This document shows positions 1-12,304 of a DNA stretch of 64,000 nucleotides, in pieces. The stretch comes from Escherichia coli (GTDB lineage Bacteria; Pseudomonadota; Gammaproteobacteria; Enterobacterales; Enterobacteriaceae). The notes beneath the pieces are model-generated. The model made no database searches and was not told the origin of the DNA. It worked only from the letters and a program-made list of their open reading frames with translations. The stretch lies in the NCBI RefSeq assembly GCF_003334405.1, contig NZ_QOWM01000002.1; one strand, given 5' to 3'. The translations under genes were made by a program, and so were the position numbers. The stretch's first letter is position 1; each line of letters begins with the position of its first letter.

Positions 1-1412
1 GTCTGGTATGGATGGACGGTGAAGGCCAGGTGCAGCCCGCTCAGGCTGAACGCTGGGAGATACTGGACGGCGGCAAGCGCTATATTTTCCATCTGCGTAG
101 CGGTTTGCAGTGGTCCGACGGTCAGCCTCTGACGGCAGAGGATTTTGTCCTCGGCTGGCAGCGCGCGGTTGACCCGAAAACGGCAAGCCCTTTTGCTGGC
201 TATCTGGCACAGGCGCACATTAACAATGCCGCAGCTATTGTTGCGGGTAAAGCAGATGTTACATCGCTGGGTGTCAAAGCGACGGATGATCGTACTCTTG
301 AAGTTACGCTTGAGCAGCCGGTTCCTTGGTTCACGACGATGCTCGCCTGGCCGACGCTGTTCCCGGTTCCTCATCATGTCATCGCTAAACATGGCGATAG
401 CTGGAGTAAGCCAGAGAACATGGTTTACAACGGTGCCTTTGTGCTTGATCAGTGGGTAGTTAACGAAAAGATTACTGCACGCAAAAATCCAAAGTACCGC
501 GATGCGCAACATACAGTATTGCAACAGGTTGAGTATCTGGCGCTAGATAATTCGGTCACCGGCTATAACCGCTATCGCGCGGGAGAGGTCGATCTCACCT
601 GGGTTCCGGCGCAGCAAATTCCCGCCATTGAAAAATCACTGCCTGGCGAGCTACGAATTATTCCGCGTCTGAACAGCGAATATTACAACTTCAACCTTGA
701 GAAACCGCCATTTAACGATGTGCGAGTGCGTCGGGCGCTATATCTTACGGTTGATCGACAGCTTATTGCGCAAAAGGTACTGGGGTTGAGAACGCCCGCA
801 ACCACGCTGACGCCGCCAGAGGTAAAAGGCTTTAGCGCGACGACGTTCGATGAACTGCAAAAGCCAATGAGTGAGCGCGTCGCGATGGCAAAAGCCTTGC
901 TGAAACAGGCGGGATACGACGCCTCTCATCCGCTACGCTTTGAGCTGTTCTACAACAAGTACGATCTGCATGAAAAGACCGCGATAGCGTTGTCTTCCGA
1001 ATGGAAAAAATGGCTGGGTGCACAGGTGACGCTGCGCACAATGGAGTGGAAAACCTATCTTGATGCCCGACGAGCCGGTGATTTCATGCTGTCTCGGCAG
1101 TCGTGGGATGCGACGTACAATGATGCTTCCAGCTTCCTGAACACGCTCAAAAGCGATAGTGAAGAAAACGTCGGTCACTGGAAAAATGCGCAGTATGACG
1201 CCTTACTAAACCAGGCCACGCAGATCACTGATGCGACAAAGCGTAATGCGTTGTATCAGCAGGCAGAAGTGATCATCAACCAACAGGCACCGCTGATTCC
1301 TATCTACTATCAGCCGTTAATCAAACTGCTTAAACCCTACGTTGGCGGTTTTCCGCTGCATAATCCCCAGGATTATGTCTACAGCAAAGAGTTGTATATC
1401 AAGGCACATTGA
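1..1412 (+). CDS. ygiS: Periplasmic oligopeptide-type solute-binding protein YgiS, 5'-truncated by the window edge
   Basis: Open frame runs from the window edge to the stop at 1412. Translation has an SBP family-5 (OppA/DppA-like) appearance. Position immediately upstream of parC matches K-12 synteny. Confidence 0.8.
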   Translation, partial: LVWMDGEGQVQPAQAERWEILDGGKRYIFHLRSGLQWSDGQPLTAEDFVLGWQRAVDPKTASPFAGYLAQAHINNAAAIVAGKADVTSLGVKATDDRTLEVTLEQPVPWFTTMLAWPTLFPVPHHVIAKHGDSWSKPENMVYNGAFVLDQWVVNEKITARKNPKYRDAQHTVLQQVEYLALDNSVTGYNRYRAGEVDLTWVPAQQIPAIEKSLPGELRIIPRLNSEYYNFNLEKPPFNDVRVRRALYLTVDRQLIAQKVLGLRTPATTLTPPEVKGFSATTFDELQKPMSERVAMAKALLKQAGYDASHPLRFELFYNKYDLHEKTAIALSSEWKKWLGAQVTLRTMEWKTYLDARRAGDFMLSRQSWDATYNDASSFLNTLKSDSEENVGHWKNAQYDALLNQATQITDATKRNALYQQAEVIINQQAPLIPIYYQPLIKLLKPYVGGFPLHNPQDYVYSKELYIKAH

Positions 1413-1549
1413 TGCCTTTATCGCCGTCGGAGCACGTCCGGCGGCGCTATTCACGCTGATCTCCTGTGACTCGACGCGGCAGATAATGTAGTATCTCCGG
1501 CAATATTGCCCCTTTGAAGGCTGGCGAATAAGTTGAGGAATCAGAATTA

Positions 1550-3808
1550 ATGAGCGATATGGCAGAGCGCCTTGCGCTACATGAATTTACGGAAAACGCC
1601 TACTTAAACTACTCCATGTACGTGATCATGGACCGTGCGTTGCCGTTTATTGGTGATGGTCTGAAACCTGTTCAGCGCCGCATTGTGTATGCGATGTCTG
1701 AACTGGGCCTGAATGCCAGCGCCAAATTTAAAAAATCGGCCCGTACCGTCGGTGACGTACTGGGTAAATACCATCCGCACGGCGATAGCGCCTGTTATGA
1801 AGCGATGGTCCTGATGGCGCAACCGTTCTCTTACCGTTATCCGCTGGTTGATGGTCAGGGGAACTGGGGCGCGCCGGACGATCCGAAATCGTTCGCGGCA
1901 ATGCGTTACACCGAATCCCGGTTGTCGAAATATTCCGAGCTGCTATTGAGCGAGCTGGGGCAGGGGACGGCTGACTGGGTGCCAAACTTCGACGGCACTT
2001 TGCAGGAGCCGAAAATGCTACCTGCCCGTCTGCCAAACATTTTGCTTAACGGCACCACCGGTATTGCCGTCGGCATGGCGACCGATATTCCACCGCATAA
2101 CCTGCGTGAAGTGGCTCAGGCGGCAATCGCATTAATCGACCAGCCGAAAACCACGCTCGATCAGCTGCTGGATATCGTGCAGGGGCCGGATTATCCGACT
2201 GAAGCGGAAATTATCACTTCGCGCGCCGAGATCCGTAAAATCTACGAGAACGGACGTGGTTCAGTGCGTATGCGCGCGGTGTGGAAGAAAGAAGATGGCG
2301 CGGTGGTTATCAGCGCATTGCCGCATCAGGTTTCAGGTGCGCGCGTACTGGAGCAAATTGCTGCGCAAATGCGCAACAAAAAGCTGCCGATGGTTGACGA
2401 TCTGCGCGATGAATCTGACCACGAGAACCCGACCCGCCTGGTGATTGTGCCGCGTTCCAACCGCGTGGATATGGATCAGGTGATGAACCACCTCTTCGCT
2501 ACCACCGATCTGGAAAAGAGCTATCGTATTAACCTTAATATGATCGGTCTGGATGGTCGTCCGGCGGTGAAAAACCTGCTGGAAATCCTCTCCGAATGGC
2601 TGGTGTTCCGCCGCGATACCGTGCGCCGCCGACTGAACTATCGTCTGGAGAAAGTCCTCAAGCGCCTGCATATCCTCGAAGGTTTGCTGGTGGCGTTTCT
2701 CAATATCGACGAAGTGATTGAGATCATTCGTAATGAAGATGAACCGAAACCGGCGCTGATGTCGCGGTTTGGCCTTACGGAAACCCAGGCGGAAGCGATC
2801 CTCGAACTGAAACTGCGTCATCTTGCCAAACTGGAAGAGATGAAGATTCGCGGTGAGCAGAGTGAACTGGAAAAAGAGCGCGACCAGTTGCAGGGCATTT
2901 TGGCTTCCGAGCGTAAAATGAATAACCTGCTGAAGAAAGAACTGCAGGCAGACGCGCAAGCCTACGGTGACGATCGTCGTTCGCCGTTGCAGGAACGCGA
3001 AGAAGCGAAAGCGATGAGCGAGCACGACATGCTGCCGTCTGAACCTGTCACCATTGTGCTGTCGCAGATGGGCTGGGTACGCAGCGCTAAAGGCCATGAT
3101 ATCGACGCGCCGGGCCTGAATTATAAAGCGGGTGATAGCTTCAAAGCGGCGGTGAAAGGTAAGAGCAACCAACCGGTAGTGTTTGTTGATTCCACCGGTC
3201 GTAGCTATGCCATTGACCCGATTACGCTGCCGTCGGCGCGTGGTCAGGGCGAGCCGCTCACCGGCAAATTAACGTTGCCGCCTGGGGCGACCGTTGACCA
3301 TATGCTGATGGAAAGCGACGATCAGAAACTGCTGATGGCTTCCGATGCGGGTTACGGTTTCGTCTGCACCTTTAACGATCTGGTGGCGCGTAACCGTGCA
3401 GGTAAGGCTTTGATCACCTTACCGGAAAATGCCCATGTTATGCCGCCGGTGGTGATTGAAGATGCTTCCGATATGCTGCTGGCAATCACTCAGGCAGGCC
3501 GTATGTTGATGTTCCCGGTAAGTGATCTGCCGCAGCTGTCGAAGGGCAAAGGCAACAAGATTATCAACATTCCATCGGCAGAAGCCGCGCGTGGAGAAGA
3601 TGGTCTGGCGCAATTGTACGTTCTGCCGCCGCAAAGCACGCTGACCATTCATGTTGGGAAACGCAAAATTAAACTGCGCCCGGAAGAGTTACAGAAAGTC
3701 ACTGGCGAACGTGGACGCCGCGGTACGTTGATGCGCGGTTTGCAGCGTATCGATCGTGTTGAGATCGACTCTCCTCGCCGTGCCAGCAGCGGTGATAGCG
3801 AAGAGTAA
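1550..3808 (+). CDS. parC: DNA topoisomerase IV subunit A
   Basis: 752-aa ORF whose translation is GyrA/ParC-like and of the length expected for E. coli ParC. Followed by plsC as in K-12. Confidence 0.97.
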
Positions 3809-4041
3809 TATGCCGGGGAGGGCGCTGTTTCCTCCCGCTTGCAAGGAACGCCGGATGAAACGTTAAGTCGTCATCCGGCAGCGTATTCAACCCCCGGAAA
3901 CGATAAAAATTCCCTTGAAACCGTTGTTTATTCATGCGTTGCGATTAACAATACGCTTTTCCAGAGAGCGGCTTTTAACAATGCCCTAACCTGATTTCAG
4001 GTGACGTACAATGCCAGTCTCTCAGACCTTCAGAGGGTGTT

Positions 4042-4779
4042 ATGCTATATATCTTTCGTCTTATTATTACCGTGATTTACAGCATCTTAGTCTGTGTATT
4101 CGGCTCCATTTACTGCCTTTTCAGCCCGCGTAACCCGAAACATGTGGCCACCTTTGGGCATATGTTTGGCCGTCTTGCGCCGCTGTTTGGCCTGAAAGTT
4201 GAGTGCCGTAAACCTACAGACGCTGAAAGCTACGGCAATGCTATCTATATCGCTAACCACCAGAACAACTATGACATGGTGACAGCATCGAACATCGTGC
4301 AACCGCCGACGGTGACGGTAGGTAAAAAGAGCTTGCTGTGGATCCCCTTCTTCGGGCAGTTGTACTGGTTAACCGGCAACTTATTGATCGACAGAAACAA
4401 TCGCACTAAAGCTCACGGCACCATTGCGGAAGTAGTGAATCACTTCAAAAAACGCCGTATTTCCATCTGGATGTTCCCGGAAGGAACCCGCAGCCGTGGT
4501 CGCGGCCTGCTACCGTTCAAGACTGGAGCATTTCACGCGGCAATTGCGGCGGGCGTCCCGATTATTCCCGTGTGCGTCTCTACAACTTCGAATAAGATTA
4601 ATCTTAATCGACTGCACAACGGTCTGGTGATTGTCGAAATGCTGCCGCCAATTGACGTCAGTCAGTATGGCAAAGATCAGGTTCGTGAGCTGGCTGCCCA
4701 TTGTCGTTCGATAATGGAACAAAAAATCGCCGAGCTCGATAAAGAAGTCGCAGAACGCGAAGCCGCCGGAAAAGTTTAA
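4042..4779 (+). CDS. plsC: 1-acyl-sn-glycerol-3-phosphate acyltransferase
   Basis: 245-aa ORF with the acyltransferase HX4D motif (NHQNNYD) and an N-terminal membrane helix. Sits between parC and ftsP. Confidence 0.95.
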   Translation: MLYIFRLIITVIYSILVCVFGSIYCLFSPRNPKHVATFGHMFGRLAPLFGLKVECRKPTDAESYGNAIYIANHQNNYDMVTASNIVQPPTVTVGKKSLLWIPFFGQLYWLTGNLLIDRNNRTKAHGTIAEVVNHFKKRRISIWMFPEGTRSRGRGLLPFKTGAFHAAIAAGVPIIPVCVSTTSNKINLNRLHNGLVIVEMLPPIDVSQYGKDQVRELAAHCRSIMEQKIAELDKEVAEREAAGKV

Positions 4780-4853
4780 GTCGGCAATCTGTATTTTTGC
4801 GGGGAACACTTTCCTGCACGGTATTACTTTAGCCAGTTTTACATGGAGCAAAT

Positions 4854-6266
4854 ATGTCACTCAGTCGGCGTCAGTTCATTCAGGCATCGGGGATTGCACT
4901 TTGTGCAGGCGCTGTTCCCCTGAAGGCCAGCGCAGCCGGGCAACAGCAACCGCTACCCGTTCCGCCGCTACTTGAATCTCGCCGTGGGCAACCGCTGTTT
5001 ATGACTGTACAACGTGCGCACTGGTCATTTACGCCAGGGACACGCGCGTCGGTCTGGGGAATCAATGGTCGTTACCTGGGGCCGACTATCCGCGTCTGGA
5101 AGGGCGACGATGTTAAGCTTATTTACAGCAACCGCCTGACAGAAAATGTCTCAATGACGGTGGCCGGGCTACAGGTACCAGGCCCGCTGATGGGCGGTCC
5201 GGCACGGATGATGTCGCCAAACGCTGACTGGGCACCCGTACTGCCCATTCGCCAGAACGCAGCTACTCTGTGGTATCACGCCAATACTCCCAACCGCACG
5301 GCTCAGCAGGTCTATAACGGCCTTGCCGGAATGTGGCTGGTGGAAGATGAAGTCAGCAAGTCGCTGCCTATCCCCAACCATTATGGTGTGGATGATTTTC
5401 CGGTCATTATCCAGGATAAACGGCTGGATAACTTTGGTACGCCAGAATACAACGAACCGGGAAGCGGCGGCTTTGTTGGTGATACGCTGCTGGTTAACGG
5501 TGTACAAAGCCCGTACGTTGAAGTCTCGCGTGGCTGGGTGCGTTTGCGACTGCTGAACGCGTCGAACTCTCGTCGCTATCAACTACAGATGAACGATGGT
5601 CGCCCGTTACATGTGATTTCTGGCGATCAGGGATTCCTGCCTGCTCCTGTATCGGTGAAGCAACTTTCGCTGGCACCGGGCGAGCGCCGCGAGATTCTGG
5701 TGGATATGAGCAACGGCGATGAAGTGTCGATCACCTGTGGCGAAGCGGCGAGCATTGTTGATCGTATTCGTGGCTTCTTTGAGCCATCCAGTATTCTGGT
5801 TTCTACCCTGGTGCTAACGCTGCGCCCAACCGGCCTTCTGCCGCTGGTCACAGACAGTCTTCCGATGCGCTTGCTGCCAACTGAAATCATGGCTGGTTCG
5901 CCAATTCGCAGTCGCGATATCAGTCTGGGTGATGACCCGGGTATTAATGGACAGCTGTGGGACGTCAACCGTATTGATGTCACCGCGCAGCAAGGAACGT
6001 GGGAACGCTGGACGGTACGCGCGGACGAGCCGCAAGCGTTCCATATTGAAGGCGTAATGTTCCAGATCCGTAACGTGAATGGCGCGATGCCGTTCCCGGA
6101 AGACAGAGGCTGGAAAGATACCGTTTGGGTTGACGGACAAGTGGAGCTGCTTGTTTATTTCGGTCAGCCTTCCTGGGCGCACTTCCCGTTCTACTTCAAC
6201 AGTCAGACGCTGGAAATGGCGGACCGTGGCTCGATTGGGCAACTGTTGGTCAATCCGGTACCGTAA
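4854..6266 (+). CDS. ftsP: Cell division protein FtsP (SufI), Tat-exported multicopper-oxidase-like
   Basis: 470-aa ORF with a twin-arginine signal (SRRQFIQASGIALCAGAVPLKASA) and a cupredoxin-like body. Confidence 0.95.
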   Translation: MSLSRRQFIQASGIALCAGAVPLKASAAGQQQPLPVPPLLESRRGQPLFMTVQRAHWSFTPGTRASVWGINGRYLGPTIRVWKGDDVKLIYSNRLTENVSMTVAGLQVPGPLMGGPARMMSPNADWAPVLPIRQNAATLWYHANTPNRTAQQVYNGLAGMWLVEDEVSKSLPIPNHYGVDDFPVIIQDKRLDNFGTPEYNEPGSGGFVGDTLLVNGVQSPYVEVSRGWVRLRLLNASNSRRYQLQMNDGRPLHVISGDQGFLPAPVSVKQLSLAPGERREILVDMSNGDEVSITCGEAASIVDRIRGFFEPSSILVSTLVLTLRPTGLLPLVTDSLPMRLLPTEIMAGSPIRSRDISLGDDPGINGQLWDVNRIDVTAQQGTWERWTVRADEPQAFHIEGVMFQIRNVNGAMPFPEDRGWKDTVWVDGQVELLVYFGQPSWAHFPFYFNSQTLEMADRGSIGQLLVNPVP

Positions 6267-6376
6267 TCTTCATACTCGCCCGAGGAGGGCGAGTATGGAA
6301 TACCTTTCGATTTCTCTTTCGTTCCGGCTTATAATCCCCGGCCTTTGATTATTTTTTTATCATTTCTGGAAGCAAA

Positions 6377-8596
6377 ATGAGCTCTATCTCCCTGATCCAA
6401 CCGGATCGCGACCTGTTCTCCTGGCCGCAGTACTGGGCCGCCTGTTTTGGACCGGCACCGTTTTTGCCGATGTCTCGTGAAGAGATGGATCAACTTGGCT
6501 GGGATAGCTGCGACATCATTTTGGTTACTGGCGACGCGTATGTCGATCACCCAAGCTTCGGGATGGCGATTTGCGGTCGTATGCTGGAAGCGCAGGGCTT
6601 TCGCGTCGGGATCATCGCCCAGCCGGACTGGAGCAGCAAAGACGACTTTATGCGTCTGGGTAAACCGAATCTGTTTTTCGGTGTTACTGCTGGCAACATG
6701 GATTCGATGATCAACCGTTATACCGCCGATCGCCGTTTACGTCATGACGATGCCTACACGCCGGATAACGTCGCGGGTAAGCGCCCGGATCGCGCCACAC
6801 TGGTTTATACCCAGCGTTGTAAAGAGGCGTGGAAAGATGTACCGGTGATCCTCGGCGGTATTGAGGCTAGTCTGCGCCGTACCGCGCATTATGATTACTG
6901 GTCCGATACCGTGCGCCGTTCCGTGCTGGTGGATTCGAAAGCCGACATGCTGATGTTTGGTAACGGTGAGCGTCCGCTGGTGGAAGTGGCGCATCGTCTG
7001 GCGATGGGCGAGCCAATTAGTGAAATCCGCGATGTGCGTAATACCGCGATTATCGTGAAAGAGGCGCTGCCTGGCTGGAGCGGCGTGGATTCCACCCGTC
7101 TTGATACCCCTGGAAAAATCGACCCAATCCCGCATCCGTATGGTGAAGATTTGCCGTGCGCGGATAACAAACCGGTGGCACCGAAAAAGCAGGAAGCCAA
7201 AGCCGTAACCGTGCAGCCACCGCGCCCGAAACCGTGGGAAAAAACCTACGTGTTGCTGCCTTCTTTCGAGAAAGTGAAGGGCGATAAAGTGCTGTACGCC
7301 CATGCTTCGCGTATTCTGCACCACGAAACCAACCCAGGCTGTGCCCGCGCATTGATGCAAAAACACGGCGACCGCTATGTGTGGATCAACCCGCCTGCTA
7401 TTCCGCTTTCTACCGAAGAGATGGACAGCGTTTTTGCGCTGCCATACAAGCGCGTGCCACATCCGGCCTATGGCAATGCCCGTATTCCGGCTTACGAAAT
7501 GATCCGTTTTTCGGTCAACATTATGCGTGGCTGCTTTGGCGGCTGCTCTTTCTGTTCTATCACCGAGCACGAAGGGCGCATTATTCAGAGCCGTTCCGAA
7601 GATTCGATCATTAATGAGATCGAAGCGATCCGCGACACCGTTCCAGGTTTTACGGGCGTGATTTCCGATCTTGGTGGGCCAACTGCCAACATGTATATGT
7701 TGCGCTGCAAATCGCCACGCGCTGAACAAACTTGTCGCCGTTTGTCGTGCGTTTATCCGGATATTTGTCCGCACATGGACACGAACCACGAACCAACGAT
7801 CAACCTCTATCGCCGTGCGCGTGATCTGAAAGGCATTAAAAAGATCCTGATTGCCTCTGGTGTGCGTTATGACATAGCCGTAGAAGATCCGCGCTATATC
7901 AAAGAACTGGCGACCCATCACGTCGGCGGTTATCTGAAGATTGCCCCGGAACATACCGAAGAAGGGCCGTTATCGAAGATGATGAAGCCGGGCATGGGCA
8001 GCTATGACCGCTTTAAAGAGCTGTTCGATACTTACTCAAAACAGGCAGGTAAAGAGCAGTATCTGATCCCCTATTTCATCTCCGCGCACCCCGGTACGCG
8101 TGATGAAGATATGGTGAATCTGGCGCTGTGGCTGAAAAAGCACCGCTTCCGCCTCGACCAGGTGCAGAACTTCTATCCGTCGCCGCTGGCGAACTCAACC
8201 ACCATGTATTACACCGGGAAAAACCCGCTGGCGAAGATTGGTTATAAGAGCGAAGACGTCTTCGTACCGAAGGGCGACAAACAGCGTCGTTTGCATAAAG
8301 CGTTGTTGCGTTACCACGATCCGGCAAACTGGCCGTTAATCCGCCAGGCGCTGGAAGCGATGGGCAAAAAGCATCTGATTGGCAGCCGTCGCGATTGCTT
8401 AGTGCCTGCGCCAACCATTGAAGAGATGCGTGAAGCTCGTCGCCAGAACCGCAATACCCGTCCGGCGTTGACGAAACATACGCCGATGGCGACCCAGCGT
8501 CAGACGCCTGCTACGGCAAAAAAAGCGTCGTCTACGCAATCTCGTCCGGTGAATGCTGGTGCGAAGAAACGGCCTAAAGCGGCGGTTGGACGTTAA
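6377..8596 (+). CDS. ygiQ: Radical SAM protein YgiQ (UPF0313)
   Basis: 739-aa ORF with a Cys-rich radical-SAM-type segment ([17 protein letters not shown]) and a basic C-terminal tail. K-12 synteny. Confidence 0.92.
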   Translation: MSSISLIQPDRDLFSWPQYWAACFGPAPFLPMSREEMDQLGWDSCDIILVTGDAYVDHPSFGMAICGRMLEAQGFRVGIIAQPDWSSKDDFMRLGKPNLFFGVTAGNMDSMINRYTADRRLRHDDAYTPDNVAGKRPDRATLVYTQRCKEAWKDVPVILGGIEASLRRTAHYDYWSDTVRRSVLVDSKADMLMFGNGERPLVEVAHRLAMGEPISEIRDVRNTAIIVKEALPGWSGVDSTRLDTPGKIDPIPHPYGEDLPCADNKPVAPKKQEAKAVTVQPPRPKPWEKTYVLLPSFEKVKGDKVLYAHASRILHHETNPGCARALMQKHGDRYVWINPPAIPLSTEEMDSVFALPYKRVPHPAYGNARIPAYEMIRFSVNIMRGCFGGCSFCSITEHEGRIIQSRSEDSIINEIEAIRDTVPGFTGVISDLGGPTANMYMLRCKSPRAEQTCRRLSCVYPDICPHMDTNHEPTINLYRRARDLKGIKKILIASGVRYDIAVEDPRYIKELATHHVGGYLKIAPEHTEEGPLSKMMKPGMGSYDRFKELFDTYSKQAGKEQYLIPYFISAHPGTRDEDMVNLALWLKKHRFRLDQVQNFYPSPLANSTTMYYTGKNPLAKIGYKSEDVFVPKGDKQRRLHKALLRYHDPANWPLIRQALEAMGKKHLIGSRRDCLVPAPTIEEMREARRQNRNTRPALTKHTPMATQRQTPATAKKASSTQSRPVNAGAKKRPKAAVGR

Positions 8597-8603
8597 AAAA
8601 TAT

Positions 8604-8638
8604 CCCCGGCAACTGACACGCTACCGGGGATTTTTTTA
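8604..8638. terminator. Bidirectional rho-independent terminator between ygiQ and yqhH
   Basis: GC stem ccccggcaactgacacgctaccgggg followed by a T7 run on the + strand and preceded by an A-run, so it can serve both convergent genes. Confidence 0.7.
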
Positions 8639-8896
8639 TCATTCTGCGTACATACGCAAGCAGCGCAGGCAATCAAAATAGTCCTGAGCATCAAGACGCG
8701 TATTGGCTCTGTTAGCTTCGGATTTGGCAGCATAGATTTGTGGGCGTAGTGCTTTCATATCCTGCTCAAGCCGGGCGATTTTGGCATTTAATGTTTGCAC
8801 ATTGCTCGCCAGCTGATTGACCTTTTGCTCATTGACGCAGCCACTGAGCAAGCAGGTTGCCAGAACAACAGCTCCCACGGTGAAAATCGTTTTCAT
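8639..8896 (-). CDS. yqhH: Small lipoprotein YqhH
   Basis: 85-aa ORF with a lipobox (LLSGC) after a signal peptide and an Lpp-like coiled-coil body. Confidence 0.8.
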
Positions 8897-8946
8897 ATAG
8901 TGTTCCCTTTTATTTATTGTTCCGGCTAATTGTTATTTAATTCAGC

Positions 8947-9873
8947 TCATTGCTTTAATCTGGCGGCAGTTTTTGCCTCAATCTGCTTAAGTAGGCTGCC
9001 GCTGTTCGGGCGGATAAAATCAGCGATTTCCCACTTGCCTTCGCGCCGCTGTAAAACCAGTTCTTGCTCTTCGTTGTTGCCATTGGTCAGCGTAAAACGA
9101 ACATGAATGCGGGCGGAATCGGCGGTTTTCTCCAGGACTCGAATTTCATCAACGCGTGAAAATAGCGACTCTTCGCCAAAACAGATCGGATTGTCGTAAA
9201 TAAATTGCCGTTCTATTTGCATATCTTCATCGGGATTATTGGCCGTCTTGAAGGTGGTTTTATAGAAGGCATTAACCGCCTGGCGGTAAGAGTCGGAAAC
9301 CACCCACGTCCACGGCCAGCTATAATCAGCAATATGTTCAAAGAGTTCGGCAACAAAGGCTTCCGGCTGTTCTTTTTGCAACGAAGCTAAAGCGGCCAGC
9401 GTTTTTTCATTCTCGCTATTAACTGCTTGTAAGACGCTGCCATGATTGCTGACAATATCGTCAATGACCCAACGACCATTTTCCGCCACCATTTTCAGTG
9501 TCTGCGTGGTCTTTTCTTTATCATCTTTAAAGATACGAAAGCGCACAACGGCATCGGCATGATCGGCGTCAGTTTGGGTTATCGCAACGCTTTCTAGCAC
9601 CAGATCGCCAAAATCCTGACAATCACAAACCGGATCATAATCCAGCCAGCCAATATTGCCCGGCAGCGTAAGATTGTCGTTCAGGGTAAGCGCCTGTTGA
9701 ATACGCGCAGAAGTTATCGCCCGCTCTCCGGTTTCACCAAAATAAGGGGCAGTGGCATCTGATTTATAGTTCTGATAAATATGCCGGACTGTTTGTTCTA
9801 CGGTCTGTGAGGGGGGCTGTGCGTGTACGGTAAAACTTGCCAGGGCTGCTAAAAACAGAAGTATTATTTTCAT
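8947..9873 (-). CDS. yqhG: Periplasmic protein YqhG (DUF3828 family)
   Basis: 308-aa ORF with an N-terminal signal peptide (MKIILLFLAALASFTVHA). Position between yqhH and dkgA. Confidence 0.8.
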   Translation of the reverse strand: MKIILLFLAALASFTVHAQPPSQTVEQTVRHIYQNYKSDATAPYFGETGERAITSARIQQALTLNDNLTLPGNIGWLDYDPVCDCQDFGDLVLESVAITQTDADHADAVVRFRIFKDDKEKTTQTLKMVAENGRWVIDDIVSNHGSVLQAVNSENEKTLAALASLQKEQPEAFVAELFEHIADYSWPWTWVVSDSYRQAVNAFYKTTFKTANNPDEDMQIERQFIYDNPICFGEESLFSRVDEIRVLEKTADSARIHVRFTLTNGNNEEQELVLQRREGKWEIADFIRPNSGSLLKQIEAKTAARLKQ

Positions 9874-10072
9874 CTGTTTTTCACCTCTCCGTTGCGTTTA
9901 TCCCGGATATAGATGAGTTGTTCTTTTAAGAGCTTCCGGCTCTGCATGATGATGTCCTTATATTTGGCATTCCTGAACAAGGAAGAGTAACAACGGGCGG
10001 GACGCGAGGGGAATAAATGATTTCTGAAAAGTCCGGTAGCGGAACATTACCGCCACCGGGAGAATTTGCATG

Positions 10073-10900
10073 TTAGCCGCCGAACTGGTCAGGATCGGGA
10101 CCGAGACGCTTGCCCTGATCGAGTTTTGCAATTTCGCCGAGTTCGTCTTTGTCGAGACGGAAATCCCAGACATCAAAGTTTTCGGCAATACGTGAAGGTG
10201 TGACCGATTTCGGGATCACCACCAGGCCGCTATCCAGATGCCAGCGGATAACAATCTGCGCCGGGGTTTTGCCGTATTTATCTGCCAGATCGCGAATGAC
10301 TTTCTGATCGAAAACGCCTTTCCCTCCTTGCGCTAATGGGCTCCAGGATTCGGTCTGGATTTTGTGTGTCGCGTTCCAGGCGTGTAGCTGGCGTTGTTGC
10401 ATCAGCGGATGAAGTTCGATCTGGTTTATCACAGGCGTCACGCCAGTTTCATCAATCAGGCGTTGCAGGTGATGGATCTGGAAGTTGCACACGCCGATGC
10501 TTTTGATTAATCCCTCTTTTTGCAATTCGATCATGCCTTTCCATGCTTCGACATAATGGTCGATAGCGGGAACGGGCCAGTGCATTAAGTAGAGGTCGAT
10601 ATAATCAAGCTGGAGTTTTTTCAGGCTGTCGAGCAGGGCTTCGCGGGGGCGCTTGTGGTCGTCGTTCCACAGCTTAGTGGTGATGAACAGTTCTTCTCTG
10701 TTGACTGAGGCATTTTTCAGGGCTTTGCCGACACCTTCTTCGTTCTTGTAGGCCGCGGCGGTATCAATCGAGCGATAACCCACTTCTAACGCTTTTTGAA
10801 TGGCGGTGATTACTTCCTCATTACTTGCTTGCCAGACGCCCAGTCCCAGCTGGGGCATGACATTGCCATCCTGTAGCTTAATAACGGTTGGATTAGCCAT
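10073..10900 (-). CDS. dkgA: 2,5-diketo-D-gluconate / methylglyoxal reductase A (aldo-keto reductase)
   Basis: 275-aa ORF with aldo-keto reductase features (IDTAAAY, LMHWP). Adjacent to yqhD. Confidence 0.93.
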   Translation of the reverse strand: MANPTVIKLQDGNVMPQLGLGVWQASNEEVITAIQKALEVGYRSIDTAAAYKNEEGVGKALKNASVNREELFITTKLWNDDHKRPREALLDSLKKLQLDYIDLYLMHWPVPAIDHYVEAWKGMIELQKEGLIKSIGVCNFQIHHLQRLIDETGVTPVINQIELHPLMQQRQLHAWNATHKIQTESWSPLAQGGKGVFDQKVIRDLADKYGKTPAQIVIRWHLDSGLVVIPKSVTPSRIAENFDVWDFRLDKDELGEIAKLDQGKRLGPDPDQFGG

Positions 10901-11004
10901 ACGTTCCTCCTTTATATGAACTCACCGGAGCAGGCTCCGGTGAGGTGTTGTGAACTTAAGTCTGGACGAAATGCCCGAAAACGAAAGTTTGAGGCGTAAA
11001 AAGC

Positions 11005-12168
11005 TTAGCGGGCGGCTTCGTATATACGGCGGCTGACATCCAACGTAATGTCATGATTTTCGCCCAGTTGGGTCATGCCGTGCTCTTCCAGTTTTTTCAG
11101 CAAAGCCGGGATGGAGCTGCCGTCCAGACCGTAGTCGGAGAGGTGGGTCGGCACGCCTAATTGCTCAAAGAAATTGCGGGTTGCGGCAATCGCGGCGTCA
11201 ATACGCTCATCATCGGAACCTTCAGTGATGTTCCAGACGCGTTCAGCATATTGCAGCAGCTTAGCGCGCTTGGTATCGCGTTTTTCATTCCACAGTGCAG
11301 GCAGGACGATAGCCAGTGTTTGCGCGTGATCCAGACCGTGCATCGCAGTCAGTTCGTGGCCCAGCATATGCGTTGCCCAGTCCTGCGGTACGCCAGCGCC
11401 AATCAAACCGTTCAGCGCCTGAGTCGCCGCCCACATGACGTTGGCGCGCACATCGTAGTTTTCTGGCTCTTTCAGGGCTTTCGGACCATCTTCGATTAGC
11501 GTCAGCAAAATGCCTTCTGCGAAACGGTCCTGAATTTTGGCATCAACCGGTTTGGTAACATACTGTTCCACGGTGTGTACAAAGGCGTCCACTACGCCGT
11601 TAGCCACCTGACGCGGCGGCAGGGTGTAGGTATAAACCGGATCGAGCACGGCAAATACCGGCTGAACATGGGCAGAATGGAACGCCTGCTTGTCGCCTGT
11701 GGTTTTACGGGAGATCACCGCGCCTGCGTTGGATTCTGAACCGGTTGCTGGCAGCGTCAGCACACAGCCCATCGGGATGGCGCTTTTAATCTCTTTACCG
11801 CCCGTTTGCAGAATGTGCCACGGATCGATATTTTCCGGATAGTTAGCCGCTGCGGCGATAAATTTGGTGCCGTCCAGTACAGAACCGCCGCCAACCGCCA
11901 GCAGGAAAGTCACTTTCTGTTCGCGAACCAGTTTCACGGCGTTCATCAGCGTTTCATAAGCCGGGTTTGGCTCAATACCGCCAAATTCCAGCACGTCCAT
12001 GCCTTTCAGGGCATCCAGAACTTGATCGAGAACGCCGGTTTTTTTCACGCTGCCGCCGCCGTAGGTAATCAATACGCGAGCATCGTGAGGAATTTGTTCG
12101 CGTAAACCAGCGATTGCGCCTTTACCAAACAGAATGCGGGTTGGGGTGTGCAGATTAAAGTTGTTCAT
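11005..12168 (-). CDS. yqhD: NADPH-dependent aldehyde reductase YqhD (iron-containing alcohol dehydrogenase family)
   Basis: Fe-ADH family ORF. Start placed at the internal Met ([15 protein letters not shown]), giving 387 aa; the six-frame call is 8 codons longer. Confidence 0.94.
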   Translation of the reverse strand: MNNFNLHTPTRILFGKGAIAGLREQIPHDARVLITYGGGSVKKTGVLDQVLDALKGMDVLEFGGIEPNPAYETLMNAVKLVREQKVTFLLAVGGGSVLDGTKFIAAAANYPENIDPWHILQTGGKEIKSAIPMGCVLTLPATGSESNAGAVISRKTTGDKQAFHSAHVQPVFAVLDPVYTYTLPPRQVANGVVDAFVHTVEQYVTKPVDAKIQDRFAEGILLTLIEDGPKALKEPENYDVRANVMWAATQALNGLIGAGVPQDWATHMLGHELTAMHGLDHAQTLAIVLPALWNEKRDTKRAKLLQYAERVWNITEGSDDERIDAAIAATRNFFEQLGVPTHLSDYGLDGSSIPALLKKLEEHGMTQLGENHDITLDVSRRIYEAAR

Positions 12169-12304
12169 TACTTGCTCCCTTTGCTGGGCCAATATGAGGG
12201 CAGAGAACGATCTGCCTGATGTTTTTCATTGTGATCGCCAGCGCCCAGGCTCTCAATGCTCATTTCTGCCAATGTCTTGCCTATTTCTCCAGAGTGCTGG
12301 AGAA

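Noticed and set aside
2333-3172. 279-aa minus-strand ORF inside parC
   Set aside because: Shadow ORF antisense to a well-supported essential gene, with low-complexity Arg/His/Phe-rich translation.
6737-7954. 405-aa minus-strand ORF inside ygiQ
   Set aside because: Antisense shadow ORF in a GC-rich coding region with no recognisable domain.
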